This document shows positions 48,603 to 62,276 of a DNA stretch of 64,000 nt, piece after piece. The first letter of the stretch is position 1. Each line of letters starts with the position of its first letter. The notes under the pieces were generated by a model that worked only from the letters and a program-made list of their open reading frames with translations, searched no databases and was not told where the DNA came from. A program made the position numbers and the translations under genes. Origin of the DNA: Fimicolochytrium jonesii (lineage: Eukaryota). The stretch lies in NCBI RefSeq assembly GCF_025526975.1, contig NW_026515670.1, positions 992,001 to 1,056,000 on the forward strand, written 5' to 3'.

Positions 48603-48609
48603 TTATAAG
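48603..48609 (+). promoter_or_regulatory. TATA-like element
   Basis: TTATAAG about 110 nt upstream of ATG 48715, followed by a pyrimidine/CA-rich leader. Confidence 0.45.
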
Positions 48610-48714
48610 GGGCGGGGTGGTACGGAGGTTTCCGAATCTCCTCATCGCACTCAGCACCGTCGCAAAGCATTTCATCTCATCCTCTCTGCCACATCCCCAT
48701 CGTCCATCACCAAC

Positions 48715-48906
48715 ATGAAGTTCACCGCCACCATCGTCGTCGCCCTCATCGCCGCCCTCCAAGCGGTTGCTGACGCTCCCACCGAGAAGAGCAAATAGTA
48801 CGGTCTTACCCCGAAGGAAGTCTCTGCCTTCGCCACGCCCCTCCCCGCCCACGTCCACTGCTAAGGCTGGCCCAGTTACCCCATCTGCTGCGACGAATAT
48901 GACTGA
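48715..48906 (+). CDS. 37-aa secreted peptide precursor (two exons)
   Basis: Exon 48715-48797 plus exon 48876-48906. The intron 48798-48875 reads gtacgg...gctaag...cccag. Product MKFTATIVVALIAALQAVADAPTEKSKYYPICCDEYD, with strongly C-ending codons and caacATG context. Confidence 0.65.
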
Positions 48907-49460
48907 GACGGATGCCAAACGTGAGGAGTTGCATCTTGCAAACGGGACGATATCTTGAAGTCTGGTATGTTTGTAGCTAGTTTTTTATCGTCGCAGTGTT
49001 GCTTGCTATCTCCTAGTTTATATATATGAGAATGAAGAATGCCATATGCGGCCATCCCGATTTTCTGGAACTTAATCGCGCCGTTGAACCGTGCCTTTGA
49101 CATACTGTATGTACGTAAATGGGATGCTCCATTGGCGCGGATCTGGAGCGGCTGATGAGCACCGTGCGTCCACAAATGTGCCGTTAGCCTGCGCTGGTTG
49201 AAAGTTGTGGCATCAAGAGTTGGGAGGGAACAAAGCGTGCGGACATGAAAGGATCGAGTTGATGAAACAAGAATGTATTCGCTATATGACAAACATTGGC
49301 AGACATGCCCGAAAGTCTAGACCGGACAATGCTACAGGACATGTAGGGAGAACTACATACGAATGAGGATTTCCTACGTACACGACATAAGCAAGTCCAT
49401 TGCCAATCCGGCTCCACTCAGAAAAAAGGCGGGGAGGATCGGAATCTTGCGACGTTGTCC

Positions 49461-50620
49461 CTAGTGAGTAAGATTCAATGGCTTCTTCGCCCTGGCGAAA
49501 AAAATCGTCCTTTCCGCTTTCATGGCCCCTTGTTCAAATTTGGCTTTTTCCGGCAACGGCATGAATTGAAAATCTACCAGCCCCGCGCCGTCGAAAGCCG
49601 CTTTGACCGTCTCCTCGCCAAAACTCAAGACCTTGATGGCCTTGCGCACCTCCTCCGGGACCTGATCGATGTGATCAACGTCAAGATGGCTGTGAGGAGT
49701 TTGCTTGGAAGCAGGGGTATGATGCTCGCCATGTATGTGCTGGCCATGCTCGTGGTTGTGACCGTGTCCTTGCCCATGTTCATGACCGTGCGCATGTCCG
49801 TGCCCGTGGCCGTGCCCATGACCATCTCCGTGTCCGTGCCCATGGCCGTCCCCGTGGCCGTGATCGTGCCCATGTCCGTGGCCGTAGCCCCCGTCATGAT
49901 GCAAGAGATCAATGATGAGCAACACACCGCCAGGCTTCAGACGTTCCGCCATCCTCTGCGCGGCCAAGTCCACGTCCGCAAAATGGTGAAATGCAAGGCT
50001 GCAAGCTACGATATCAAAGCCATAAAACTCCGCTGATGCAAGTGCAGGGTCGGCTGGCTGTGCCAAGAGGTCGCCTTGCTGGGCGGTCACTTTGATGTCG
50101 GTCTTCGCAGTGGAAGTATCGTTGGGAACCGTCTGGAAAATTTGCTTGTAGACGTCCAACATTCCAGAGGAAACGTCAACGCCAGTCGCGGCAGTGATGT
50201 GAGGTTTCAGCGCCTGAACGAGAGACAGATGTGTTAGCTGCATTGTTACGATGGCAACGCAATAGAAAACCCTCGAATAAAGCGGATGTGATGCTCACCT
50301 TGGTTACCATTCCAGTCCCGCAGGCGTAATCCATCAAGCGGACTTCTTTCCGGCTTGAGGAGCGGTCGTCGTCGGTAGCCCAATCGAGGCCGATCCATCC
50401 CACGTTTTTGCGAATGGCGGTATGAAGTTGCTCGGAGAGGATCTTATGCCAGTCCTTCTCATTGTAGGTCGATGCCTGCGCACTAAAGACGTACTTTGTC
50501 AGGTTGCTTGAGGGCGGTTCGGGCCGTAGCGCGAAAATCTGGGAGAAAAGTCTGAATGTGCGTTCAGACGTGATCATTGACTTACTCAAAGTACTTTGCG
50601 TTCTCCTGTGCAAGACTCAT
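49461..50620 (-). CDS. Class I SAM-dependent methyltransferase with His/Gly-rich insertion
   Basis: MSLAQENAKYFD|AQASTY, motif I LMDYACGTG, GVDVSSGML, FDIVACSLAFHH and LKPGGVLLIID. Two introns. TATAAAAG on the minus strand at 50784-50791. Confidence 0.9.
49719..49901 (-). repeat. Coding (His-Gly/His-X)n repeat
   Basis: Imperfect 6-nt periodic repeat (ccgtg/ccatg units on +) encoding about 26 His in 61 codons. Confidence 0.9.
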
Positions 50621-51696
50621 GGCGACAGCGTAGACAGGATCAGCTAGGTTCAATATGGGGTCTTGATTGGGCAGCGGCAAGAGAAAGACCAGGCGCCAAG
50701 AAGACCACCGCTTTAAATGTGCCGGAGTCAACAAGGCAGCTTGTTGCAGCGGAGAGACGGCCCGAGACCAACATACCGCCTGGCTTTTATAGCCGCTGAG
50801 AGACAGTATTAGTTTGCTGTCCACGTGGCCGACCACTGTTGGTTGCTCAGTCCGGTAGGAATCCCGTCGGGTCTCGCAGCTTCTCACAAGTCTGGAAACG
50901 CATTTGTCACGCCTGGGACTTTCATCAGACGCGTTCAATTCAACCAGCACTCCATTGGCACTCCGTTGGCATTTCCGCCGCAGGTCATCCTCACAGCAAC
51001 CCTGCCACTGTGTCGCTCGCTATTGGTTTTGCGCCACTAAGCCCCGGCCTCTTTGCTCCCGAACGCTTGAAGTGTGATTCTTCTTCACGGATATGGTGTG
51101 TACAGTAGTGTATTTGCATGGTTTTGCTTCGAATCAAGTCGTGGGCACTCTCGAATGATGCAAGGTCACGTGCTCCATCGAACAATAGCGTAAGCGTCGG
51201 AGCTAACGGATGGCTCCCAATATCCAATAAAGCACCCCACAGCAAACATCTGGAACATGGATCCACACACACCCCACAACTGTGAGCTTTTCTTCTATGT
51301 TTGTCTGGGTATTGTTCTGACCATAAGCTATGCTGAGCGGAGTACGAATGTTCGCTCTCTTGATTCTGTTATCCCTTGGCTGATGTTGTGCATGGACTCA
51401 ATACTAGTACTAAAAGCCAAATGATCAGGCTTCTTACCTGTTCCATGAAATCTTCCGTTTGCGTACCTTCCAGAGCATCGTAACGGTTCTTGTCATCCAA
51501 TACTCCATTCAGCGCTGCTCGAACTCTTGCACACAATCATCGCCCGTTTGCAAAAAGCGCAGCGTCGCAGATACATCCAATCTCTCTGTTTTTCGTCAAA
51601 ACTGGGGGTTGCAGAAGGAATTGGATAAACAACTTCTCGAAGCGATTATCAGAACCCCGTGAACAGGGAAATTCTCTCCTTGAACCAGGACCACAG

Positions 51697-54632
51697 ATGT
51701 CTGGAAAACTCTCCACGGGAGGGACGAATTCCGACTCCCTCCCCCGGAGAAACTCCGGCACCACTTCCCACTCCGAAAACGTCTCACTGGGAGATTTCCC
51801 GTCGACAGCGGCGACAATCAGCTCCAAAAGTTCCCACCACACTGAAGCGGTGTCCAGCAGCGTCCACGACTCGGACAGCGAACGCAGCCTCGGCAGATCA
51901 GAGACGAGCGAGGACGACCTACGGGATTTTGTGCGAGCGGGGCCGGATTTCGCGGAAAATGGCGAGACACCAGCACGTAGTACGGGCACCACGACGAGCT
52001 TCAAGACCAGTCATAGCGGGCTCGGCGACGAGCATGAGGATGTGGATGACGATGGCATCGAGTCGGTGTCCGTCACGGACTCGGATAGTGGGAGTGAGCG
52101 AGGATTCAGGCCGCTGAAGAGGATACAGGCGGCACCGCCGAAGGGGAAGAGACGGGCTTCTAGTGTGGATGTAACATCGGGCGGTGGAGGGCAGAGTCGG
52201 ATATGGGGAGCGTCCAAGGTGAAGATCCCGATGCGACGAGTTGATGACGATGACGGGTTGAGAAAGGCTATTGGATGGTCTGATACACCGGTGCGAATTG
52301 ATGCAAGACCCAGCCCGCGAGATGTAGCTGCTGAACAGGAAGAAGCGGATTTGGACTCGTCGTCGGACGAGGTTGCGGGACGCAGGAGAGGCGTCTACAT
52401 TCCTGCCGAATTCAGGGTGGGGACGGGTCCACACACAACGGTACACGCAGGGCAAGCCGACAGAGCGGCGTCCATTGATGAGGACGTTGAAGACGAAGGC
52501 CCTATTGAGCGGCTCAATGACAAACCAAGGAAGGATAGGTTGGTAGATATCGACTCGGCATCTGAGGATGAAGACCTCGACGCCACGGCTGCTGCACATG
52601 GGCATGCGTTGGCAACCAACATGCATGCGCGAGAATCAACACCCTTGCCAGCCTTCACCAAAAGCCTGAAAAACAACTTTGGAAGAGCGATTGGCCCACA
52701 ACCTGTTCGAACCGCGAATTCGAACCTTAGGCGATGGAAGCCAGTGGAGCTGGATGCCCCATTGGAAGACGCGGAGCCAGAGCCCGATTCCAGCATAGAG
52801 GAGGATAAGGCAGCAGTGGCTGAGAAAGTACAGTTGGAGCAGCAACGCAGCGCGCTGCTACATCATGTACTGCCGCCTGGTAAGAAGGAGGCGGATGCGG
52901 GTTGGTGGGCGAAAGTCAACATGTTCCAAAAGGGTTCGTCGAAACGAACGTTGGCGGACTCGAGCGCCAGTCTCGCCTCCCTCGCCGAGGAGCCAGAACA
53001 GTACGATGGTGATTTCAAGAAGTCGCCGTCGGCATCCAAACAAGTGGGCAGTCAGACAACTCTAGGCGGCTCCTCAGCCTCACTCACCGGATCACAAACA
53101 AACCTGGCATTGCCCAAGCCGGCAGAAGGCGACCAATCGCCAACCCATGTCAAGCATAAATGGCTCCGACCACTCTTCCCTAAATTATATAAAGACGAAA
53201 AGGAGAAGCACCACCAAGCTCCCGCTCATCACCAGGACCAGCGTCTCCAGCACCTTCCTACCAGCTCACCAACGCAAGTCAACTATGTCACGCACATCGA
53301 CACGCCGACCCTTCAAGCCCTGGACACCAGGAAGAATAAGCCGAAAAGATCGCTCACCACAGGTCATCGCAGCAAGAAGGATATTCCGCTTTTCAGGCGG
53401 CTGATGAAGAGGAAGGAGGGCTTCGCGAATAACGCCGTAGCACCCGTGAAACCAAGAACGAGTGCAGGTCATCCAACACATGAGCCGAGCCATTCGAGAG
53501 ATAAACCGCAGGCGCTGTCACGAGGCGGTAGTGAGGATGCGATAAGCGAAGAGAGTCAGAGGGTGTCTGCGACGTTTGAGAGTCGGTATAGAGTAAGTAT
53601 TCGGTAGATGATGCATTATTGGAGACATCAGACGACATACCCTAAATCTCAATCTATCATCGCAGGTCCTCCGCAAAGTCGGAGCGGGCGGCCATTCCAC
53701 CGTCCGACTAGCCCAACGCATATCGGACAACACTCTCGTCGTCTGTAAATTCATCAAAGAGGCCTCCGTCTGGCACTGGGTCACCGACCCAGTGTCCAAG
53801 CGGCGGTACCCACTTGAAATCCACGTCATGCGCAAATTCAAGGACGAATGCCCGTCCCACAGTGGCATCATCAAGTTTATCGAGTACTACAACATGGATC
53901 CGCAATTTGTGATTGTGATGGAGTACTTGGGCGAGGACTGGATCGATCTGTATGATTATATCGAGGCGTATGGGCCTATCAATGAGGAGCATTGTAAGGA
54001 TATTTTCGGTCAGATTTTAGAGACAGTGGAGTTTATGCATTGGAACGGTTATGTGCATAATGATCTCAAAGGTGAGGCGATACATTCGTAGTATTGACAC
54101 GTTTCGCATCATTACATGTAGGCCTTTCGCTGAACCCAATCTTCCCCCCTTAGACGAGAACATCATGATAAACACCCGCACACGACAAACCAAACTCATC
54201 GACTTCGGCTCCACCACCCAACTCATCCCCGGCAAAACCACCGACATCTTCTACGGCACCCGCAAATTCGCCTCCCCCGAAGCCGCCCAGGGCCACTCCT
54301 ACTATCCCGAATCGCAAGAAGTATGGACACTCGGCACGCTCCTCTTCGTCATGCTCTTCAAAATGGATCCCTTCAAAGACGACGAGGAGATCGTGGATGT
54401 GGATATGGAGGATAAAATCGCGAGCTCGATTGAGAAGTGTCGCGAGGAGGACGAGAAGGAGGGTGCGACGGTACACGAGGGGGATGAGTTTGATGTGAGC
54501 GAGGATGTTGTGGAGGTGCTCAAGGGCATGCTGCATAAAGATTGGGGGGCGAGGTTGCGAGTGAATGAGGTCTTGACCCTGCCCTGGTTCAAGGACTGGT
54601 CGCCGTCGCCAGCTGCGAGAATGAGGATTTGA
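51697..54632 (+). CDS. Ser/Thr protein kinase, PAS-kinase-like, long acidic/disordered N-terminus
   Basis: VGAGGHSTV, VCKFI, PLEIHVM, DLYDYIE, HNDLK|DENIM, DFGS, GTRKFASPE and QEVWTLG. Introns about 53594-53665 and 54072-54153. Start uncertain because the ORF is open upstream. Confidence 0.88.
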
Positions 54633-55472
54633 TAATGGGAATAGGGTGGATGTTGGGAGTTGGGTGCTGAAGCTGCGGAGAGATATGGGGTCTCTTGGAA
54701 AGGCGAACAACCTTCCTCTGTCGTGACTGTAGAGTTTGTAATTTAGATCTATTCTGCGCCATATGTTTGTCCTTTTTGATGCGCTTGTAATCCGAGAGAT
54801 TTGTCCGTTTTAACCCTGATGACTTCCGTTGAGAGCTCTGTACAGTCATATTCATCCAAAGACAGATATTCTGATTTTACACTGATCTCCTATGTGATGC
54901 TCATGACCTAACGTTCCCGAGATCCCTCTCCTGAGACGCATTTCTATTATTCCAATGAACCCGCAACGGGTTTGGTATGCAGCTACTGTACCTCACTCCA
55001 GTTGAGTCGGAGTTTCCGAACCGCGCTTATGACGGCATGACGAGAGACCTTTTCTTTTCCAACTGTGTCCTGGGAGGAAGAAGGTGGCCGCGACCGATTC
55101 CTGATAGCTCAAACCCCGAGACATGTCTTTGGTTGCGCGTGCGGAGATTTGAAAGGAAATTGCCGTGACGGCCAAGCATTATATGTGTACGTACTGTATA
55201 TATACAGCTGCAAAAGGACAACCCACGCAGGGAAATCGAAAGACCGCTACCAGCAGTGCGCTGGAAGTGTTATTACTCTCCACATCTTTTAGAGGGCTCA
55301 GCAGCAAGCGGCTCGACGAGAGTGCAGGATAATGTGATAAGCGCGTTTTATTAGGTTTCACGACAGGCAAGGAAAGGTATAAAGACGGTATGAAGGCGGT
55401 ATGGGAAGGCTCCTAACGTATAAAAAGCCGTGGAGAGCACATTTCGCAACCATTTATGTGATACTAGCAGGT

Positions 55473-56941
<1,469 letters not shown>

Positions 56942-58126
56942 ATTAGCGATAGATATGCGATGAAGATTGGGAGAAGATGGGGGGAGCTGTGGTGAGGTAA
57001 GTTGCGGTGGGTGTGGGGAAGAAGGGAGCGAAGGAAGGTGGCAGAAGGAAAAGCAGCGGCCGCTTTTATGTGCGAGCCCGGGCGGTGCTTGTCTGGCTTG
57101 TCTCTTTGGGAGGGGGGGGGGCGTTTCTCTCGCGCGCGGGGGGGGGCGGTTGTTCCTGGGGCTGATTGGACGACGGGCATTACCGTTTCGGGGCATCAAT
57201 CCATCCATCATCCGTTCATTCAGTTTACACATTACACCTTGCTGCTAACTTCTAAGTTGATGAAGCCTCTGATGGATGATTAGGGCATTTTTGGTTACAC
57301 ACTCCCCCGCGTCGCCTCGCAAAGCGCGTCTCCAGATGTGGCGCAGATAGCTGGAGAGGGAAACTCAAACCCCGCTATTCTTGGCAACTCTCCAACAGAC
57401 AGACAGACACACAAACATCGTCTCGCTGACGGTCTTCCGTCAGCCGCCCCTAAAAGGCCTTTCTGTCGTCCCTTCCATCGCTCGTGGCTTCCATCAGGAA
57501 AGCTTAACCTCGAAAACGTCTGGAAGACTCACCACACCCTTTCGCAAAAGGGCTTCTTTTTGTTTTGCCATGGAGTTGGAAATTTACCCAACTTCTGGAA
57601 CAAACCCCAAACCTAGATATTCTACTCCTCTTCTAGAAGCTTGAACACCGCCAATTGCTTAGTACTGATAGCTTTCTACAACGAGAGACGAGAGCGTACC
57701 GATGTTGGGTGTGATCATTCCCTTTCAGGCGCATACTGTCATAAGCTGTCACTGCTCGTCGTCAGAGTTTCCCTTTTTGTGCTCAGTTGGGTATTGCATC
57801 TTAAGTATGTACCCGCCAATTCATTCATCATGCGTGCTTTTCGTCCATCTCCATCCTGTTCATTCATCTTAAGCTTTGTCGTTGCCGAGCATTCGTGCGA
57901 TTCGGCAAGCCCTGTAGATCGGAGATGAGTACAAATCTGCCAAGAATCCGCCAAGACATCGGAAGCAGACAGATGCTGATCCTTCACAACAGCAGGGCGC
58001 ACATGCAATAAAAATTGGCATATCTGTACTGACATGTGTCCGTCTTCGCAGGACGCAATGGTGGAATGGATGAAACAAGAAACAGACAGTCCAAAATGTG
58101 TAGCAGTACTATGCTAGGGTCCGTCT

Positions 58127-58204
58127 ATATTTTTAGCTGTCTACCTAAGAGCGCGCTGAGATAAATATCTTTAGCTGTCTACCTAAGAGCGCGCTGAGAT
58201 AAAT
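58127..58204. repeat. Tandem duplication, 38-nt period, 2 copies
   Basis: atat(t/c)tttagctgtctacctaagagcgcgctgagataa occurs twice with one mismatch, downstream of the malate synthase stop. Confidence 0.92.
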
Positions 58205-58266
58205 GAATGAAAGGAAATGCAATCAGCACCGGTCCTTTGGGCAGTGGGCTTTGCGGGTACAATGTC

Positions 58267-60357
58267 TTAGACGGGAACCAATGTCAAGATAGAGTCATAG
58301 CAGAGAGCCTAGGAACCGCATACGATCAGTAGCCCGCATCTCCTTATATAATGCAGCAATCTGACATACCGTAAGAAATTCTGCATAGTCCTGCCCCTGA
58401 ATCGTTCCAGCCAGATGCTTCCTCGCCAGCTCGAACTTCGACTTTGGAGATCTCTCCGGGCCCAACTCTCCCCTGATCCTCTCAAACTCCTCGTCCAGCA
58501 CTTTGTTTATGTACTCAGGATTAATCTCCCGACCTTCCGCCGTCCGTGCCCGGTGTCGTACCCATTGCCACAACTGCGAGCGGGATATCTCAGCCGTGGC
58601 CGCATCCTCCATTAGGTGATGGATGGGAACACATCCGTACCCTCGAAGCCAGGCCTCCATGTACCGCAAAGCCACATCGACGTTCATGCGCACACCTGCG
58701 TCCGTGATGGTCCCGGTAACGCCCTGCGTCGAGATAAGGTCGGGAGCGGCAACATTCACATCATCCCTCGTGACATGAAGCTGATTAGCCTGCGGCATAT
58801 GCTTGTCGAAAATATCCCTCGCGAGCTTCACCAGCCCCGGATGTGCCACCCACGTCCCATCATGCCCCGCCAGCACCTCCCTCAACTTATCCGCCGAAAC
58901 CTTCGCCATCGCCGCCTCATTCTTCACTTCGTCGTCCTTGATTGGAATGAATGCCGCCATCCCGCCCATAGCATGCACACCCCGTCTATGACACGTCTTG
59001 ATAAGCAGCCGGACATAAGCGTCCATGAACGGCGTGGTCATGGTGATATCGCTCCGGTTGGGGAGAACAAACTGCGGGTGGTTGCGGAAACGCTTGATGA
59101 AGGAAAAGATGTAGTCCCACCGGCCGCAGTTGAGACCGGAGGAATGGGTGCGGAGCTCGTAGATGATTTCGTCCATTTCGAAGGCGGCGGTGATGGTTTC
59201 GATGAGGACTGTGCCGCGGATCGTGCCGCGGGGGATGCTGAGGAGGTCCTGGGCGTGGTTGAAGATGTCGTTCCATAATCTGAGGGTTCATTAGGTTCAG
59301 GGCACCATATCGCCGCTTATGGGCAAAGACCGCATAAAACTCACCTCGCCTCGAGATGCGACTCCAGTTTGGGAAGGTAGAAGTAAGGCCCAGCGCCACG
59401 CTTGACCAGCTCCGCTGCGTTATGGAAGAAATGAAGCCCAAAGTCAAAGATCGAGCCCGAAGCCGGCTCTCCATCAATCAAGAGATGCTTCTCCTCCATA
59501 TGCCATCCGCGAGGTCTGTGGGGATAACAGATGATCAATTGCCTTGTCCAGATGAATCGAAAGCACGCCGCCCTGCATATTTCACCTGACGAGAAGCGTA
59601 GCAGTCCCCTCCTCTCGCAGCTGATACAACTTCCCATTGGGAGCCGTATAGATGATAGTCCTCCGCACGGCATCGCGCAGGTTCACTTGACCAGAAAGAT
59701 TGTTCTCCCACGTCGGTGCGTTGGAATCTGCGTAGTCCATCAAACCCACATGCTTAATGCTTTTGCTACCGATGCCGGCATCACATCCATCGCGTAGGAC
59801 GAACCTTCAAAATCAGCCATGTAGGTCATCGCGCCCGAGTTCAGGGCGTTGATGACCATCTTCCGGTCGACGGGACCGGTGATTTCTATGCGGCGGTCTA
59901 CCAGCCCAGGAGCTGGTGGGGCGGCCTAGTTGGAAGAACAGGGTGAGATTCGTGAATCGCATCTCTGCGGCAATAAGGCAGACCAACCTTCCACAACGCA
60001 TCATCACGAATCCATTTGGTTTCCGGCAGGAAATCCGGGAATCGCCCTTACATCAGAAACGTCATTGTGAGCTCATTGACCCAAGTTGAAAGGAAGGACC
60101 CTCTTCTACTCACCAGCGTCCAACTCCTCTTGTCTCTCCAGACGTTTCTGCAACAGCTCCTTTCGGCGGGCGTTGAATGCTCTATATCGCAGAGATTTGA
60201 GATTTTTGGTAGATGCAGTAACACAGGCGGCAATGTTATCCACCGCCTACCTATGGAGCGTCGCTACAAACTCCTGCGCTGGGACCGACAAGATCTCGGC
60301 AAACTCGGGCTTCATCGGCCCCAAGATTTGAACACCTTGACTCGTTGCGGTGGCCAT
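58267..60357 (-). CDS. MLS1: Malate synthase A (glyoxylate cycle)
   Basis: [80 protein letters not shown] and [18 protein letters not shown]. Multiple introns. Confidence 0.97.
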
Positions 60358-60769
60358 ATCGAGCAAATCAAAGGCAATCTTGGGATGAGATATATGGGAG
60401 AATCGGAGGAGCTCTCGCTTCTACTCCGTCGGCGCCCTATGGAGGACTTCAGCTTTTATGTTTGTACACGAGGAAAAATCTAAAAGTGGCAACCCGAAGG
60501 TTTCCGTTCCAAACGCGTGTGTCATGACAGATGACCGAGGCGGGTTGTGGTTTTGTTGAGCAGGCGAGCAAGATTTCCTACGTGCACAACGGCGGGCGAT
60601 ATGTTGTACAGTATATATATACGAGGTTGTATTCAGCATTATGTGTCAGGCAGAGGAGGAATGCTATATATCCTGCAGATGAAAGAGCATCTGGTGACCA
60701 CATGGTCACTTGAAGTACGGGAATATATACGCCGCGGCGGATGGCTAGCAAGATACGCCGAGAAGAACA

Positions 60770-61659
60770 TCAATCCTTGAGCATTGACAAGAAGGCTATC
60801 AAGGTCCAGTAAGCATCGTTTCCTGGATGAATCGAGAAGTTGGTGGTCAGCTATGCTCGCAAAATAGGGGAATGACAAAGGACTGTATACCTGCGTTGTG
60901 AAGATATTTTGTTTCAAAGCCGAGCTTTTCGCACATCTTCGCCTAGGTAAGGAAAATAATGTGTCAATCCGAAGAACATCGAAACATATCGCCGGAGTAG
61001 AGCACCTACAAGGTTAGGAGCCGGCACAGCAAACTTCGCCTGAAAGATCTGCTTTGTATCATAAATCTTGCTCACAAAGTCCCTCGGATCAAACCCAACC
61101 GACTCCAACATATCGAAATCCGATGTAATCCCATGTCCGATCAGCACCGTCCCCTCCACCGACAAATCCTCTTCCAGATGCTGCAAAACATCGCCGAGCG
61201 GGATCGTCTCACTGTCGCCGTGCATGAAAGAGTAGCGGAAGTCGGGGACATATGCGCCGTTTTGGAAGCAGAGGTACTCTTGGACTATGAAGTGTTTGGC
61301 GGTGATTGTGGGAGGGCCGGTGGCACTGGGGTGCGAGATAGACCAGCCGAATTCGGTGAGGAAGGCTGGATGCGGAACGAAGGCCATGGTTAGGCTTTTC
61401 GAGACTCAATTGACAGGGTTTGACAGGTCGAAGGAACATACCGTGATCTCGCTCGTATGCTGTACCAGAGAGAAGGCAGGGTGAGTGAGGTAACGAGGGA
61501 GTGAGGGAAGTTGGAGTGAGTTGGGTACCCACATTCTATATCCAGACTCAAGAACCGTTTCCCGTCAAGCTGGTCTTGCTGGGCTTGGATGCGGTCGCGG
61601 AGGCATCCTGTCAACGCCGTTTGCGGCACGGCCCGAGGTAATTTCTGTTGTTGAGCCAT
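60770..61659 (-). CDS. DEDDh 3'-5' exonuclease, Gfd2/YDR514C/QIP-like
   Basis: Spliced: FLSLDIES|YERDHA|FLTEFGWS...KHFIVQEY...NG.YVPD...F.HGDS...LIGHGITSD...YDTK...|AKMCEKLGFETKYLHNA|GNDAYWT. Includes an 18-nt micro-exon at 61442-61459. The 5' end may extend further. Confidence 0.85.
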
Positions 61660-62276
61660 TCTGACTTTGTCGGGTGGGTTAGTACTAGTGAGTGAAGTGC
61701 TCAGGGTGAGAAGCTCAACGTATGTCCGTGGGAAACAAGGAAGCAAGTGCCAACCTGCGCTTCCGTTTTTAGGCAGCTAAAGTTCAATTTCAGAGGTTTT
61801 CCGACGCGATACGCCAGCCCCATTTCGACAGGTGAAGGGACCTGCCGAAGCGCTGTGTTATACTTGAGCATCTCAGGCACACCCATGTAAAGGTAGCAGC
61901 TGCCCAAAGCTCAGTTAATTTACCCTTTGCTTCCACTTCCCTAAGGTCTATGGGGCGGCTGTAAAATGCGGTGCGGAAGCTTGGCATGGATGCGTCAATG
62001 ATAGAACATGGAGAGTAGCGGCCCAAAGTGCCCATCCTGAGTCAAGCGAGCAATGCCCCGACCAGTCCAGGACATCCAACACAGTTGCCAGAAAGAAAAT
62101 GCGACCTATCACCCCATCTATTTGGGCAATTCTCGAAAGCACAGACAGCGGGCCAGCCACTATGTACATACATCCACACTTCTACGAACCAGGTATATAA
62201 GCGAAGATCGCTTTTGGTAATGAGCTTGAACGCCCGTCAAAGCGGCTGAAAAGGCCGCAAACAACGCGCGGTACAC

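Noticed and set aside
48715..48798. 27-aa truncated signal-peptide pseudogene or stop read-through
   Set aside because: Better explained by an intron whose donor overlaps the apparent TAG.
49455..50036. Hydrophobic Val/Pro/Met-repeat ORF on +
   Set aside because: Reverse complement of the His-Gly repeat in the methyltransferase.
49461..50620. Methyltransferase as a borosin RiPP precursor
   Set aside because: Borosin enzymes are tetrapyrrole-methylase-like with a C-terminal core peptide. This is a class I Rossmann MTase with an internal insert.
58127..58204. Direct repeat as CRISPR
   Set aside because: Two abutting copies, no spacers, eukaryotic context.
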